Part shown: one piece after another, positions 10,388 through 20,074 of the stretch | Position numbering within the stretch: position 1 is the first letter of the stretch | Layout of the letters: each line of letters begins with the position of its first letter | Assembly: GCA_038232855.1 (NCBI GenBank) | Contig: JBBSNC010000001.1 | Location: 1 to 35,697 of the forward strand | Origin: Actinomycetales bacterium | GTDB taxonomy: Bacteria; Actinomycetota; Actinomycetes; Actinomycetales; Dermatophilaceae | DNA: 35,697 nt | Direction: 5' to 3' | Translations under genes and position numbers: made by a program | Notes under the pieces: generated by a model | What the model was told of the DNA's origin: nothing | What the model saw: only the letters and a program-made list of their open reading frames with translations | Database searches by the model: none

Positions 10388-11701
10388 GTCAGCGGGGCTC
10401 GGCTGCAGGAACGCTGTCAACGCCGCGATGTAGTCGGCGTGGTCGTCTACACCGCATACCTCTCGAGCCGAGTGCATCGACAATGTCGCGGCCCCAATAT
10501 CAACGGTGGTGGCCCCGGTCGCCGCAGCGCTCATCGGCCCGATCGTCGATCCGCATGGCATATCGGTGCGGTTGACGAACGTCTGCATCGGCACGTTCGC
10601 CTCTTCGCAGGCCAGTTGAAAGGCGGCACTTCCCCAGGGGTCACTCGCATAGCGTCCCTGCGCGTTCACCTTCAGCACCGGTCCGCCGTTCATCCGGATG
10701 AGGTGGTCGGGGTCGTGCCGGTCGGCATAGTTCGGGTGCGTGGCATGCGCCATGTCGGCAGAGGCAATAATGCTGGACGCCATTGCCCGTAGGTAGTCCT
10801 GCCGTGAGCCACCGCCAGCAAACACGATCCGTTCTAGCGAGGCCGGGAGAAACGTGCTCTGCGCACCGCTTGCGGAGGTGCTTCCGATCTCTTCATGGTC
10901 GAAGAGCACCACGACCGGCACGGGTGCATCCGAGGCAGAATCGCTGTCGTCAACGATCAGCGAGCAGAGCGCACGGATCCCGGCGTGGCAACTCGCCTGG
11001 TTGTCCAACCGCCCGGATGCGACAAGGTCGCGCTCTCGTCCGATTCGCCGAGCCGGCGTCAGGTCGTGCGTCATCGCTTGCCACGCCAGCAGGTCCTTCG
11101 CCCCTACGTCCAACTGATCCGCGAGGTATGCAGCGAAGTCGCCCGGTGAATCTCCCACACCCCAATGCGGCACAAGATGGGACTGCGGATTGAGCGTCAG
11201 CCCTTGAGCAGAGATGTCGCGGTCCAGGTGGATCGCCAGTTGCGAAATCCGCAGAATTGGCTGGTCAATTACGAAATCGCGGATCCGCGGTCCCTCGGCA
11301 GCACGAACGACGGCACGACCGGAGCACCCGAGGTCCCGATCCAGCCATGAGTTGAGCAACGGACCGCCATACACTTCGACGCCCAGACTCTGCCAACCAG
11401 CCGAAGACCGATCCGGCTGGGGTTTGATCCGCAGGTTGGGTGAGTCAGTGTGTGCACCGACGACGCGAAACCCATCGGGGACACTTGACTGGCCCTCGGT
11501 GGACCACGCGATCAGGGAGCCGCCTCGTCGGGTGAAGTAGCGACCAGGAGCCGTGGGCGTCGATGCGGTTTCTGGGGACTCGGCGAATCCGTGCTCACCG
11601 AGGATGGCAGCGGCGCTCGCGACCGCATGGAAAGGGGAAGGGCTAGCGTTCAGGAAGGCAATCAGCTGGCCGCTCATCGAGTGCCCCGAGTGGTCCATCA
11701 C
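10376..11701 (-). CDS. apeB: M18 family (aspartyl) aminopeptidase
   Basis: [59 protein letters not shown]. Confidence 0.93.
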   Translation of the reverse strand: MMDHSGHSMSGQLIAFLNASPSPFHAVASAAAILGEHGFAESPETASTPTAPGRYFTRRGGSLIAWSTEGQSSVPDGFRVVGAHTDSPNLRIKPQPDRSSAGWQSLGVEVYGGPLLNSWLDRDLGCSGRAVVRAAEGPRIRDFVIDQPILRISQLAIHLDRDISAQGLTLNPQSHLVPHWGVGDSPGDFAAYLADQLDVGAKDLLAWQAMTHDLTPARRIGRERDLVASGRLDNQASCHAGIRALCSLIVDDSDSASDAPVPVVVLFDHEEIGSTSASGAQSTFLPASLERIVFAGGGSRQDYLRAMASSIIASADMAHATHPNYADRHDPDHLIRMNGGPVLKVNAQGRYASDPWGSAAFQLACEEANVPMQTFVNRTDMPCGSTIGPMSAAATGATTVDIGAATLSMHSAREVCGVDDHADYIAALTAFLQPSPADLVL

Positions 11702-13230
11702 CCGGCAGTGTCAGCCAGGCCAGCTCGAGCCGACTCCAGCCATTGCCGTCGAGCTGCCAGTGCCTGTTCGGCAGCCGCGATCGCAGCAGTGTCCCCACTG
11801 GACTGCGCAGCCAACAGATCGGCCTCCAGGCCGGCAACCGCGGTCTCCAACTGGTCAACCATCGACTGTGCGCGAGCGTTGACTTCGGGGTTGCTGCGCT
11901 TCCACCGTTGCTCGTCCCCCTCGCGCACCGTCTGCTCCACTTTGCGCAAGCGGTCCTCGACCCGGTGCATATCCGAGCGTGGCACCTTGCCAGCGCTATC
12001 CCATCGGTCCTGAATGGAACGCAGCCCCCGCTTGGCAGCTGCGAGATCCTTCACCGGCAGGAGCGCCTCAGCCTCGAGCAGCAGTGCCTCTTTCACGGTG
12101 AGGTTCGCCTCGAATTCCACCCGTTCGGCAGCCATCACCTCGTCTTTGGCTGCAAAGAACTGATCCTGGGCTGCCTTGAACCGCTCCCACAAAGCGTCGT
12201 CACTACCGCGTTGCCCCCTCCCAGCCTGGCGCCACTGCTCCATGAGCCGCTTGAATTCGCCAGCCGTGGGTCCAAAGTCCTTGTTCTTCGCCAAGCTTTC
12301 GGCCTGAGCGACCAACTTCTCCTTGTCCCGCCGCGCGACATCCTGCTGCTCGTCGAGGTGAGCAAACCAGGACTTACGGGCCTTATCGAAGCTGGACCTC
12401 GCTTCACTGAATCGGTGCCATAGCGCGTCCTCGCTCGCCTTGTCGAGCCTTGGCCCAGCCTGCTGTTGAGTCTTCCATGCATCAAAGAGTTCACGCATGC
12501 GTGCGCTGGCCGATTTCCACTGCACTTTGGCAGGGTCGGTGGTGGCTAGCTTTTCGGCAGAGCGGACGACTTTCTCGCGAGCAACTGCGGCGGCTTCCTT
12601 CGCCTTCGCGCGCTCTCGGCTCTCTTGCGCTGCCTTTGCTTCGATGGCCCCCTCGATCGCGACGACCTGAGCGCTGAGGGCATCAAGGTCGCCCACCACG
12701 TTGGCTTCGCCGATGTGCTCACGCAGCGAGTTCAGCGCCTCACGGGCATCGTGCGAAGACAGGTCCGTCTGCTCCAAACGTTGGACGAGAAGCCCGGCCG
12801 GGGCGACGAGATCTTCGTACTTACGAGCGAAATAGCCCAGTGCCTCCTGCGCAGTGGATCCAGGATAGGAACCCACGGGGCGTTCGGCCTCGCCTTGCCG
12901 GACGAAGACTGTGCCGTCATCGTCCACTCGGCCAAAAGCCAAGGAAGCAGGGTTAAAGCTGTCTCCGCCCGCGGCAGCGGGGGGCAGGGTCGGCCGCACC
13001 ACGGCCTTGCGCCCGGCGAACTGAGCCGGTGAGGGCACAGGCGGCCGGGCCGGCCTCGCGGCGGGCGAGGGTTCAGCGGCGGGCGAGGGTTCAGCGGCGG
13101 GCGAGGGTTCAGCGGCAGGCGGGGGGTCAGCGGCAGGCGGGGAAGCGGGGGCGGGCGCAGGGGTGGGCACTGGACCTGTCGTCTCAGCGTCCATTGAGTC
13201 CTCAGCATGCGGCTCGGCGTTCTCGCTCAC
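11698..13230 (-). CDS. DUF349 domain protein
   Basis: FGRVDDDGTVFVR...VGSY; repeated helical units ending LWHRF / LWERF / WDSAGKVPR; Pro/Ala-rich N-terminus; usual position between rel and cyclophilin. Confidence 0.9.
   Translation of the reverse strand: MSENAEPHAEDSMDAETTGPVPTPAPAPASPPAADPPPAAEPSPAAEPSPAAEPSPAARPARPPVPSPAQFAGRKAVVRPTLPPAAAGGDSFNPASLAFGRVDDDGTVFVRQGEAERPVGSYPGSTAQEALGYFARKYEDLVAPAGLLVQRLEQTDLSSHDAREALNSLREHIGEANVVGDLDALSAQVVAIEGAIEAKAAQESRERAKAKEAAAVAREKVVRSAEKLATTDPAKVQWKSASARMRELFDAWKTQQQAGPRLDKASEDALWHRFSEARSSFDKARKSWFAHLDEQQDVARRDKEKLVAQAESLAKNKDFGPTAGEFKRLMEQWRQAGRGQRGSDDALWERFKAAQDQFFAAKDEVMAAERVEFEANLTVKEALLLEAEALLPVKDLAAAKRGLRSIQDRWDSAGKVPRSDMHRVEDRLRKVEQTVREGDEQRWKRSNPEVNARAQSMVDQLETAVAGLEADLLAAQSSGDTAAIAAAEQALAARRQWLESARAGLADTAG
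13058..13144. repeat. 18-bp coding tandem repeat (GCGGCGGGCGAGGGTTCA x3 plus 1-2 degenerate copies) encoding AAEPSP
   Basis: Perfect copies at 13058-13075, 13076-13093 and 13094-13111; degenerate copies to about 13144. Confidence 0.9.
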
Positions 13231-13994
13231 GACGGTTTTGCCTCTTCCTCGACTTCGACTCCGGTGATGCTGATCGGCTGTGCCGGCATACCTTCAACTC
13301 CGCCGCCATCCACACCTTCAGCGGCAATGTAGTCCACGATATCCATGCCGCTGGTGACTGTACCGAAGGTGGTGTAGCCGCCGAGTTCCGGCGGCAGGAT
13401 CGTGTCCTCGAAGACGATGAAGAATTGGCTTCCATTGCTGTTCGGATCCTGGCTGCGGGCCATTGCGATGGTGCCGCGGGGGTAAAGGCCTTCAACAGGA
13501 GCATTCTCCACCCCGAAGGTGTACCCAGGTCCGCCGCGCCCGGTGCCGGTGGGGTCTCCGCACTGCAGCACGTGAATGTTGGCGTCCACCAACCGGTGGC
13601 AGGGGCTGTCCACCCAGAAGCCGCCGTTGCCGAGCAGGATGAAGGAGGCGACTGTCTCCGGCGCAACCGCTCCAGTCAATTCGAATCTCAGTGTTCCGCA
13701 GTTGGTCTGCACGTCGGCGATCGCGACGTCCGGCACAGTGGCCAGCGGCGCCTGGGTGAAGGTAAACGTCTGCACCTCAGTCGGCGGATCCGGGGCGGGG
13801 TCGCAGGTCACCGGGCTCGAGCTGGATGTGGCCGCTAAATCGGCGGAGCGTTCGCGCTCGCTTGGCTCCGAGGTCTCATCCGTAGTCGAGCAAGCCCCCA
13901 GGACCCCAGCCACTGCCAGGGCAGCAACGGACACCGCATACCGAGGCGAGCGCCGACGGCATCGGGACAGCATGGAGACCTCCGGAATAGCCAT
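13227..13994 (-). CDS. Cyclophilin-type peptidyl-prolyl isomerase, predicted lipoprotein (start uncertain: 13994 or 13973)
   Basis: CHRL, VLQCGDPTGTGRGGPGY, GTIAMAR, NGSQFFIV; basic N-region, hydrophobic stretch and LGAC lipobox. Confidence 0.9.
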   Translation of the reverse strand: MAIPEVSMLSRCRRRSPRYAVSVAALAVAGVLGACSTTDETSEPSERERSADLAATSSSSPVTCDPAPDPPTEVQTFTFTQAPLATVPDVAIADVQTNCGTLRFELTGAVAPETVASFILLGNGGFWVDSPCHRLVDANIHVLQCGDPTGTGRGGPGYTFGVENAPVEGLYPRGTIAMARSQDPNSNGSQFFIVFEDTILPPELGGYTTFGTVTSGMDIVDYIAAEGVDGGGVEGMPAQPISITGVEVEEEAKPS

Positions 13995-14092
13995 GGGCAG
14001 GGTGTGATCGGCAAGTGTAGGCAGGCAGCGAGGGCGTCAAGGTCACGGCGACGCAACAGTTTAGACACGATGATCTGGCTACGCTGCCCTCC

Positions 14093-14821
14093 ATGTGGAT
14101 ACACACCGTCGTGGCCGCCGCCTTCGGGACCAACTGCTACGTGGTGGCCCCGGGGGCGGGCAGTGACGAGTGCGTCATCGTCGATCCGGGCATTGGCGTT
14201 GCCGATCGGGTGGCCGAGGTGTTGCTGAAGGAGCGGCTGCGACCGGCTGCCATCCTGTTGACTCACGGCCATCTCGACCATGTGTATGACGTGCCACGGC
14301 TGAGCGACGGGGCCGTGCCGACTCGGATCCACCCCCAGGACCGGTACCGCCTGGTCAACCCGATGGGCGATCTCGATCCCGGTTTCGTGGCGATGGTCGA
14401 GGCACAGTTCGGGGCGAAAGCAACCTGGCGTGAGCCAGAGTTCGCCCTCGAGTTCGAAGTGGATGCCGAGCACGCCGAGCGGCTCGTGTCGGTGCAGGTC
14501 GCCGGCCTGAGCTTTGGCGTCGTGCATGCGCCGGGGCACACCGAAGGATCTGTGCTTTTCGATATTGCCGGGGTGCCCGACCCTCTGGCTGCCGGCGATG
14601 AGTTGCTAGATCGCACCGTCCTGGCCGGAGACGTGCTCTTTGCTGGATCCATCGGCCGCACTGACTTGCCGGGTGGGGACCCTGCTGCGATGACCCGCTC
14701 CTTGCGTGATGTCATCCTGCCGCTACCCGACTCCACCCTGGTCCTTCCTGGCCACGGCCCGAGCACGACCATGGCTCGCGAGCGACGTTCCAACCCCTAT
14801 CTGCGCGGTTTGCTCGATTAG
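14093..14821 (+). CDS. MBL-fold metallo-hydrolase (glyoxalase II / YcbL-like)
   Basis: THGHLDH, APGHTEGS, GDVLFAGSIGRTD, PGHG; -10 TACGCT (14080-14085) 7 nt before the ATG suggests a leaderless transcript. Confidence 0.93.
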   Translation: MWIHTVVAAAFGTNCYVVAPGAGSDECVIVDPGIGVADRVAEVLLKERLRPAAILLTHGHLDHVYDVPRLSDGAVPTRIHPQDRYRLVNPMGDLDPGFVAMVEAQFGAKATWREPEFALEFEVDAEHAERLVSVQVAGLSFGVVHAPGHTEGSVLFDIAGVPDPLAAGDELLDRTVLAGDVLFAGSIGRTDLPGGDPAAMTRSLRDVILPLPDSTLVLPGHGPSTTMARERRSNPYLRGLLD

Positions 14822-14833
14822 ACTCCGCGGGTG
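14819..14833 (+). promoter_or_regulatory. Leaderless promoter for hisS (-10 TAGACT overlapping the MBL stop codon, 6 nt, GTG)
   Basis: TAGACT at 14819-14824, CCGCGG spacer, GTG at 14831; no SD sequence. Confidence 0.6.
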
Positions 14834-16219
14834 ATCACACCGCGCACCCCATCTGGGGTTTTGGAACTTCTGCCCGCCGAGCAGATCGCATTTCAGCGAA
14901 TCCTCGACACGATTCGGGCCGGCTTCGAGCGCTTCGGGTTCCTACCGATTGAGACTCCGGCATTCGAGATCAGTGACGTATTGCTGACCAAGACCGGCGG
15001 TGAGACCGAGCGACAGGTGTATTTCGTGCAATCCACTGGCACGCTCGAAAAGGCCGCGGCCAGCGGCGACGATTCGCTACCGGAGATGGCGTTGAGATTC
15101 GACCTCACCGTGCCGTTGGCTCGGTACGTCGCCGAGCACGAGCACCACCTGACGTTCCCGTTCCGGCGCTATCAGATGCAGCGGGTGTATCGAGGTGAGC
15201 GCCCCCAGCGTGGTCGCTTCCGCGAGTTCTATCAGTGCGACATCGACATCATCGGCAAAGACCGTCTCAGCGTGAAGCATGACGCCGAGGCCCCAGCGGT
15301 CATTCACGCGCTGTTCACCGACCTCAACATCGGCTCCTTCACCATCGGTATCAACAACCGACGGCTGATGCGCGGCTACTTCGAAGACCAGGGGCTCACC
15401 GAGCCCGATGCGCAGGCGCGGGTGCTGCGCGAGGTCGACAAGCTCGACAAACGTGGTGCGGACTACGTTCGCGGCTCGTTGCTCGGCCCCGACTTCGCTA
15501 TAGCGCCGGCTGTCGTTGACGCGTTGCTGAGGTTCGTGGGCACGCGCAGTACCTCGCATGAGGACGCGCTGAGCCAGTTGGACCAGGTGCAGGCCGCCAG
15601 CGCGGGGAGCGCTGAGTTGGCGCAGGGAGTTGGCGAACTGCGTGAGGTGCTGGATCTGGTCCGGGCGCTAGGCGTGCCGGAGAGCGACTATTGCCTCAAC
15701 TTTTCGATAGCCCGGGGGCTGGACTACTACACCGGCACTGTGTATGAGACGACGCTCGATGAGCATCCCGCGATTGGGTCTATCTGCTCCGGTGGCAGGT
15801 ATGACGACCTCGCCGGCCAGTACAGCAAATCGAGCCTGCCCGGAGTAGGTATTTCGATCGGCCTGACCCGGTTGTTCTGGCAGCTGCGTGAGGCGGGACT
15901 CGTCGATGTCGCCGAGAGCACGGTGGCTGTGTTGGTGCCGTTAGTGGACTCTTCCTTGATGGCCGAGTCGCTGGAATTGACAACGACTTTGCGCCGCGCG
16001 GGGATCAACACCGAGTCGGTGTTGGACAGCAGCAAGTTGGGTAAGCAATTGAAGTATGCCGACCGGGCTGGAATACGGTTTGTGGCCATCCTCGGACCGC
16101 AAGAAGTAGAGACTGGCACGGTCACGATCAAGGACCTGCGACGTCAAGACCAGTTCACTGTGCCGGCTTCGGATGCGGTGCGAGCCCTGCGAGTCGAAAT
16201 CGCCCAGCCGATGATGTGA
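14831..16219 (+). CDS. hisS: Histidyl-tRNA synthetase (Xanthomonadales-like type)
   Basis: [57 protein letters not shown]; anticodon-binding domain KQLKYADR. Confidence 0.97.
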   Translation: MITPRTPSGVLELLPAEQIAFQRILDTIRAGFERFGFLPIETPAFEISDVLLTKTGGETERQVYFVQSTGTLEKAAASGDDSLPEMALRFDLTVPLARYVAEHEHHLTFPFRRYQMQRVYRGERPQRGRFREFYQCDIDIIGKDRLSVKHDAEAPAVIHALFTDLNIGSFTIGINNRRLMRGYFEDQGLTEPDAQARVLREVDKLDKRGADYVRGSLLGPDFAIAPAVVDALLRFVGTRSTSHEDALSQLDQVQAASAGSAELAQGVGELREVLDLVRALGVPESDYCLNFSIARGLDYYTGTVYETTLDEHPAIGSICSGGRYDDLAGQYSKSSLPGVGISIGLTRLFWQLREAGLVDVAESTVAVLVPLVDSSLMAESLELTTTLRRAGINTESVLDSSKLGKQLKYADRAGIRFVAILGPQEVETGTVTIKDLRRQDQFTVPASDAVRALRVEIAQPMM

Positions 16220-16247
16220 GTGCATGTTCACCCATGGGAACATGTGC
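16220..16247 (+). terminator. Hairpin immediately after the hisS stop (CATGTTC/GAACATG stem); possible terminator or 3' stabiliser
   Basis: 16223-16229 pairs with 16238-16244, extendable by G-U and G-C pairs; no U-tract. Confidence 0.4.
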
Positions 16248-16279
16248 GTGATAGCGTACTAGCGCGTTAGCACATTACG
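16248..16279 (+). promoter_or_regulatory. Putative TrpR-family operator array overlapping an extended -10 (TGA-TAGCGT)
   Basis: GTACTAGCGCGTTAGCAC (16256-16273) is a 14/18 palindrome resembling the trp operator consensus GTACTAGTTAACTAGTAC. 8-bp period: GTGATAGC GTACTAGC GCGTTAGC ACATTACG. Confidence 0.7.
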
Positions 16280-16294
16280 ACATCGGAGAACTGG

Positions 16295-16594
16295 ATGAAG
16301 AGCAGGACCGCTGCGGGACAACAGAGCCTGGTCCAGTTGTCACAGGTGCTCTCGAAACTGGACAAGGCTGATGCCGTCGCGGACTTCTTGACCGACCTGT
16401 GCACGCCCGCCGAGTTGGAGGCGCTCGCTGACCGGTGGGCTGTGGTGCCCTTGCTCGCCGAAGGTATGCCGTACCGAACGATCCACGACCAGACCGGTGT
16501 TAGCGTCACCACGATTGGCCGGGTCGCCCGGTGCCTTGAATACGGCAACGGATATCGCGCAGCGCTGCATCGGCATACGCCCACGCAACGCTAG
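16295..16594 (+). CDS. YerC/YecD family TrpR-related repressor (putative histidine repressor, HisR-like)
   Basis: FLTDLCTPAELEALADRW and HTH PYRTIHDQTGVSVTTIGRVARCL, followed by GNGY; GGAGA RBS. Confidence 0.9.
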   Translation: MKSRTAAGQQSLVQLSQVLSKLDKADAVADFLTDLCTPAELEALADRWAVVPLLAEGMPYRTIHDQTGVSVTTIGRVARCLEYGNGYRAALHRHTPTQR

Positions 16595-16683
16595 GCCGCA
16601 GGCCGCTGCCCAGCAACGACACCCAAGTCGACCTCGCCAGCACACCCCCCGACGGTCAACCCTCAACGCCCGAAAGGGTCTCC

Positions 16684-17610
16684 ATGACTGCGAACGCAGC
16701 ACCGCGCGACCGACTCCGCGTCGCCCTCCAACGATCTGGTCGTCTCGCCACCCCGGCGCGCGACCTGCTCGCATCCTGCGGCCTGACTTGGCGTGAAAGC
16801 CGGGACAAACTGTTCTGTTACGGCGAATCCTTGGATGTCGATCTGCTGCTGGTTCGTGACGACGACATTCCGGGGCTCATTGCCGATGGCGTGTGCGACC
16901 TGGGAATCGTCGGTCGCAATGTCGTGGCTGAGCACGATCTGGCCCGACAAGCGGCCGGGCAGCCAGCTGGGTTGAACGAGCTGCGCGAGCTGGGTTGGGG
17001 GAGTTGCCGGCTCGACATCGCGATCGGCGACGACACCACCTGGACCGGTCCCGCTCAGTTGAGTGGACTGCGCATTGCCACCTCCTACCCCCGTGTGCTG
17101 ACGCACTGGCTGGCTGAGCAAGGCGTGCGGGCAGACGTGGTCACGCTGTCCGGATCCGTTGAGATTGCGCCCCGCTTGGGGCAAGCCGACGTGGTCTGCG
17201 ATCTGGTCTCGAGCGGGGGAACCCTGGCGGCCAACCAACTCAAGCCGGTCCAGACCCTGCTGTATTCGGAGGCGGTCGTGGTGGGGCCGGCCGAGCCGTT
17301 GGAAGAACGGCGAGGGGACCTGGCTGAACTCTTGCTCCGACGGATGGACGGAGCTCTGCGCCTGAAGGAAACGAGGTTGTTGATGTTGCGGGCCTCCCGT
17401 GCTGAGTTGGCACAGGTGCTGACTACCCTGCCGGAAGGCCACGAGCCGACCATCATGTCTATCGACGGGGGGCACAGCGTGATCGGCGGGGAGGAAGTCA
17501 GCGTGCAGATGTTGTGCCACGGGGCGGTCTCCTGGCAGCACTTGGAGGACCTCAAGCGATCCGGCGCACGCCAATTGATGGTGCTGCCGGTGGAAGGAAT
17601 GCTGGCATGA
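16684..17610 (+). CDS. hisG: ATP phosphoribosyltransferase, long form
   Basis: LRVALQRSGRL, VRDDDIPGLI, RIATSYP, SGSVEIAPRLG, DLVSSGGTL; C-terminal regulatory domain. Confidence 0.97.
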   Translation: MTANAAPRDRLRVALQRSGRLATPARDLLASCGLTWRESRDKLFCYGESLDVDLLLVRDDDIPGLIADGVCDLGIVGRNVVAEHDLARQAAGQPAGLNELRELGWGSCRLDIAIGDDTTWTGPAQLSGLRIATSYPRVLTHWLAEQGVRADVVTLSGSVEIAPRLGQADVVCDLVSSGGTLAANQLKPVQTLLYSEAVVVGPAEPLEERRGDLAELLLRRMDGALRLKETRLLMLRASRAELAQVLTTLPEGHEPTIMSIDGGHSVIGGEEVSVQMLCHGAVSWQHLEDLKRSGARQLMVLPVEGMLA

Positions 17611-18929
17611 ATGTGCTGATCTGGCCGGAGTTGAACAACACCGCTCGTGCGGAGGCCATTGCCAGGGGCACCGTCGCAGCCGGCCCAGAGGTGACGGCCT
17701 CGGTCGCTGACACCCTGGCCGCAGTCCGCGACCACGGAGATCAGGCCGTCCTCGAGGCGACCGAACGGTTCGATGGGGTGGTGCTCAGTGACCTAGCGGT
17801 CAGCAGCGAGCAGGTGGCGGCAGCCCGCTCCCGCATCGGCGCTGACCTCGCTGCGGCGATCAGCGAAGCGGCCGGCCGCATCCGTGAGTTCCACGCCGCG
17901 GGGATGGCCAGCGATTACGCCGTGCAGACGGCGCCCGGAGTGGTGTGCGAACGGGTCTTACGGCCCATCCAACGGGTAGGACTGTATGTCCCGGCCGGGA
18001 CTGCGCCGCTGCCGTCCACTGCGTTGATGCTCGGCATACCGGCGCAGTTGGCGGGCTGTTCTCAGGTCGTCCTGATCACGCCGCCGGGACCGCAGGGCAA
18101 CGCCGACGATGCGGTGCTGGCCGCGGCTCACGAGAGCGGAATCACCGACATCTTCCTCGGCGGCGGAGCTCAAGCCATTGCTGCGCTTGCCTATGGCACC
18201 GAAACGATTCCCGCCTGCGACAAGATCTTCGGCCCTGGAAACGCGTGGGTGACCGAAGCCAAACGGCAGGTCAGCACTGCCGAAGGCGGACCCGGCATTG
18301 ACCTGCCGGCCGGACCTTCCGAGGTCGTGGTGATCGCCGACAGCGGCGCCGACCCCGAATTTGTGGCTGCCGACCTGTTGTCCCAGGCCGAGCATGGGCC
18401 GGACTCCCAGGTCTTGCTGCTCACCGATGACCGCGATCTTGCAGAGGCTGTGATCGAGCAGATCGACACCCAGGTCGAACAACTACCTCGCGCCGACATC
18501 GCGCGCAAAGCCTTGGCCAGCAGCCGGGTCATTGTCACCGCAGACCTAGGCGAGGCGTTCGACATCAGCAATACCTACGGGCCGGAGCACCTCATCCTCG
18601 CCGTGCGCGACCCGCGCACCTGGTTGGCGCAGGTGCACACCGCCGGTTCAGTGTTTCTCGGCGATTGGGCACCAGAAACGCTCGGCGACTATTGCAGCGG
18701 CACCAATCACGTGCTGCCCACCGCAGGTGCCGCGCGATTCACCGGGGGCGTCAACGTGGCAAGTTTCCAGATCGCGATGACGGTGCAATCGGTGACCCAG
18801 TCGGGCTTGCGCCAGATTGGGCCGTGCGCGGTGGTGCTGTCCGAAGCGGAGCAGTTGCACGCCCACCAGCGTGCGGTCACTCGGCGGTTGTCGAGACCGG
18901 ATCTGGAGTCGAAAGCCCCGGCGTCGTGA
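17607..18929 (+). CDS. hisD: Histidinol dehydrogenase
   Basis: VGLYVPAG, GGAQAIAALAYG, KIFGPGN, AGPSE, SQAEH, PEHL, GDYCSGTNHVLPT; ATG overlaps the hisG stop. Confidence 0.97.
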   Translation: MNVLIWPELNNTARAEAIARGTVAAGPEVTASVADTLAAVRDHGDQAVLEATERFDGVVLSDLAVSSEQVAAARSRIGADLAAAISEAAGRIREFHAAGMASDYAVQTAPGVVCERVLRPIQRVGLYVPAGTAPLPSTALMLGIPAQLAGCSQVVLITPPGPQGNADDAVLAAAHESGITDIFLGGGAQAIAALAYGTETIPACDKIFGPGNAWVTEAKRQVSTAEGGPGIDLPAGPSEVVVIADSGADPEFVAADLLSQAEHGPDSQVLLLTDDRDLAEAVIEQIDTQVEQLPRADIARKALASSRVIVTADLGEAFDISNTYGPEHLILAVRDPRTWLAQVHTAGSVFLGDWAPETLGDYCSGTNHVLPTAGAARFTGGVNVASFQIAMTVQSVTQSGLRQIGPCAVVLSEAEQLHAHQRAVTRRLSRPDLESKAPAS

Positions 18930-20074
18930 CTTCGTTTCCGCTCAGCCTGATCCGTCCTGATCTTCGCGACTTCACCGGCTACTCCTCGGCGCGCACCAGT
19001 TTTTCCGGGCCGCCAGCCACAGTGTGGCTCAATGCCAATGAGTCTGCCGAGGCGAACCAGGCGGATCCCACTGGGCGTTCACGGCGGTACCCACAACCCC
19101 AACCACAACAGTTGCAACGGGCGCTCGGGCGGTATCTCGGTGCCAACGCCGACCAGCTGATGATGGCCAGAGGAAGTGATGAGGCCATCGACGTGGTGGT
19201 GCGGGGCCTGTGCCGCCCGGGCAGTGCAGACGGCGTGGTCATCTGTTCGCCGACCTTCGGGATGTATGCCGTGGCTGCAGCCCTGCACGGGGTGCCGGTG
19301 CACGACGTGCCGCAACTGGACCGGAACACCCACTTCGAACACGATCTGGATGCCGTCGCCAGCACCGCTGAGCGGACCGGTTCAAAGGTGGTGTTTCTTG
19401 CTTCACCCGGCAACCCCAGCGGGTCGACGATCAGCCGCTCGCAGGTGCTGGAGCTCGTGCAGGCACTCGGCGACAATGCCCTCGTCGTGCTCGACGAGGC
19501 CTACCTCGACTTCGCCGAATCACAATCGGCATCGGCAGGTAGCCTCTCGATGATCTCCACAATCCGACAGCACCCCACCCTGGCGGTGCTGCGCACGATG
19601 TCCAAAGCGCACGGGATGGCTGGGGCGCGGCTCGGAGCGTTGGCCGCTCATCCAGAGTTGATTGCAACGCTGCGACGCGTGCAGGCGCCGTACCCCATCC
19701 CGGCGCCGGTCGATGATCTGGTGCAGAAGGCGCTCTGCCCGCAGGCACTGCACAACACACGCGACCGCGTTGCCTCGACCGTGCAGCGTCGGCAGCGTCT
19801 GCATACCATCGTGGGTTCGCACCCTGATGTGCGCACCGTGTACGAATCCCATGCCAACTTCGTGCTGGCTCGATGTGCCGACGTAGATACGGTGCTCAGC
19901 GCCGTGGCCAGTCACGGGATCGCGGTGCGCGACTTGCGTCACCTCCCGGGACTGCAGGACGCGATCCGAGTCAGCGTTGGCACCAGCGACGAACTCGACG
20001 CCTTGGCTCTGGCGCTTGGACACCAGGCGCCCACCCAGCAGCAAACGACAGACCGCCACGAAAGGAAAAGATGA
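18926..20074 (+). CDS. hisC: Histidinol-phosphate aminotransferase
   Basis: [35 protein letters not shown] lysine in [13 protein letters not shown]; GTG overlaps the hisD stop. Confidence 0.96.
   Translation: MTSFPLSLIRPDLRDFTGYSSARTSFSGPPATVWLNANESAEANQADPTGRSRRYPQPQPQQLQRALGRYLGANADQLMMARGSDEAIDVVVRGLCRPGSADGVVICSPTFGMYAVAAALHGVPVHDVPQLDRNTHFEHDLDAVASTAERTGSKVVFLASPGNPSGSTISRSQVLELVQALGDNALVVLDEAYLDFAESQSASAGSLSMISTIRQHPTLAVLRTMSKAHGMAGARLGALAAHPELIATLRRVQAPYPIPAPVDDLVQKALCPQALHNTRDRVASTVQRRQRLHTIVGSHPDVRTVYESHANFVLARCADVDTVLSAVASHGIAVRDLRHLPGLQDAIRVSVGTSDELDALALALGHQAPTQQQTTDRHERKR

Noticed and set aside
13058-13144. CRISPR-like array
   Set aside because: Repeats are contiguous with no spacers, lie in a coding frame, and no cas genes are present.
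13029-13838. 269-aa plus-strand ORF with RRARVQ repeats
   Set aside because: Antisense shadow of the DUF349 VNTR and the cyclophilin gene.
16220-16683. His-codon leader peptide / attenuator or T-box upstream of hisG
   Set aside because: No short ORF with a His run and no terminator/antiterminator pair in 16220-16294 or 16595-16683.
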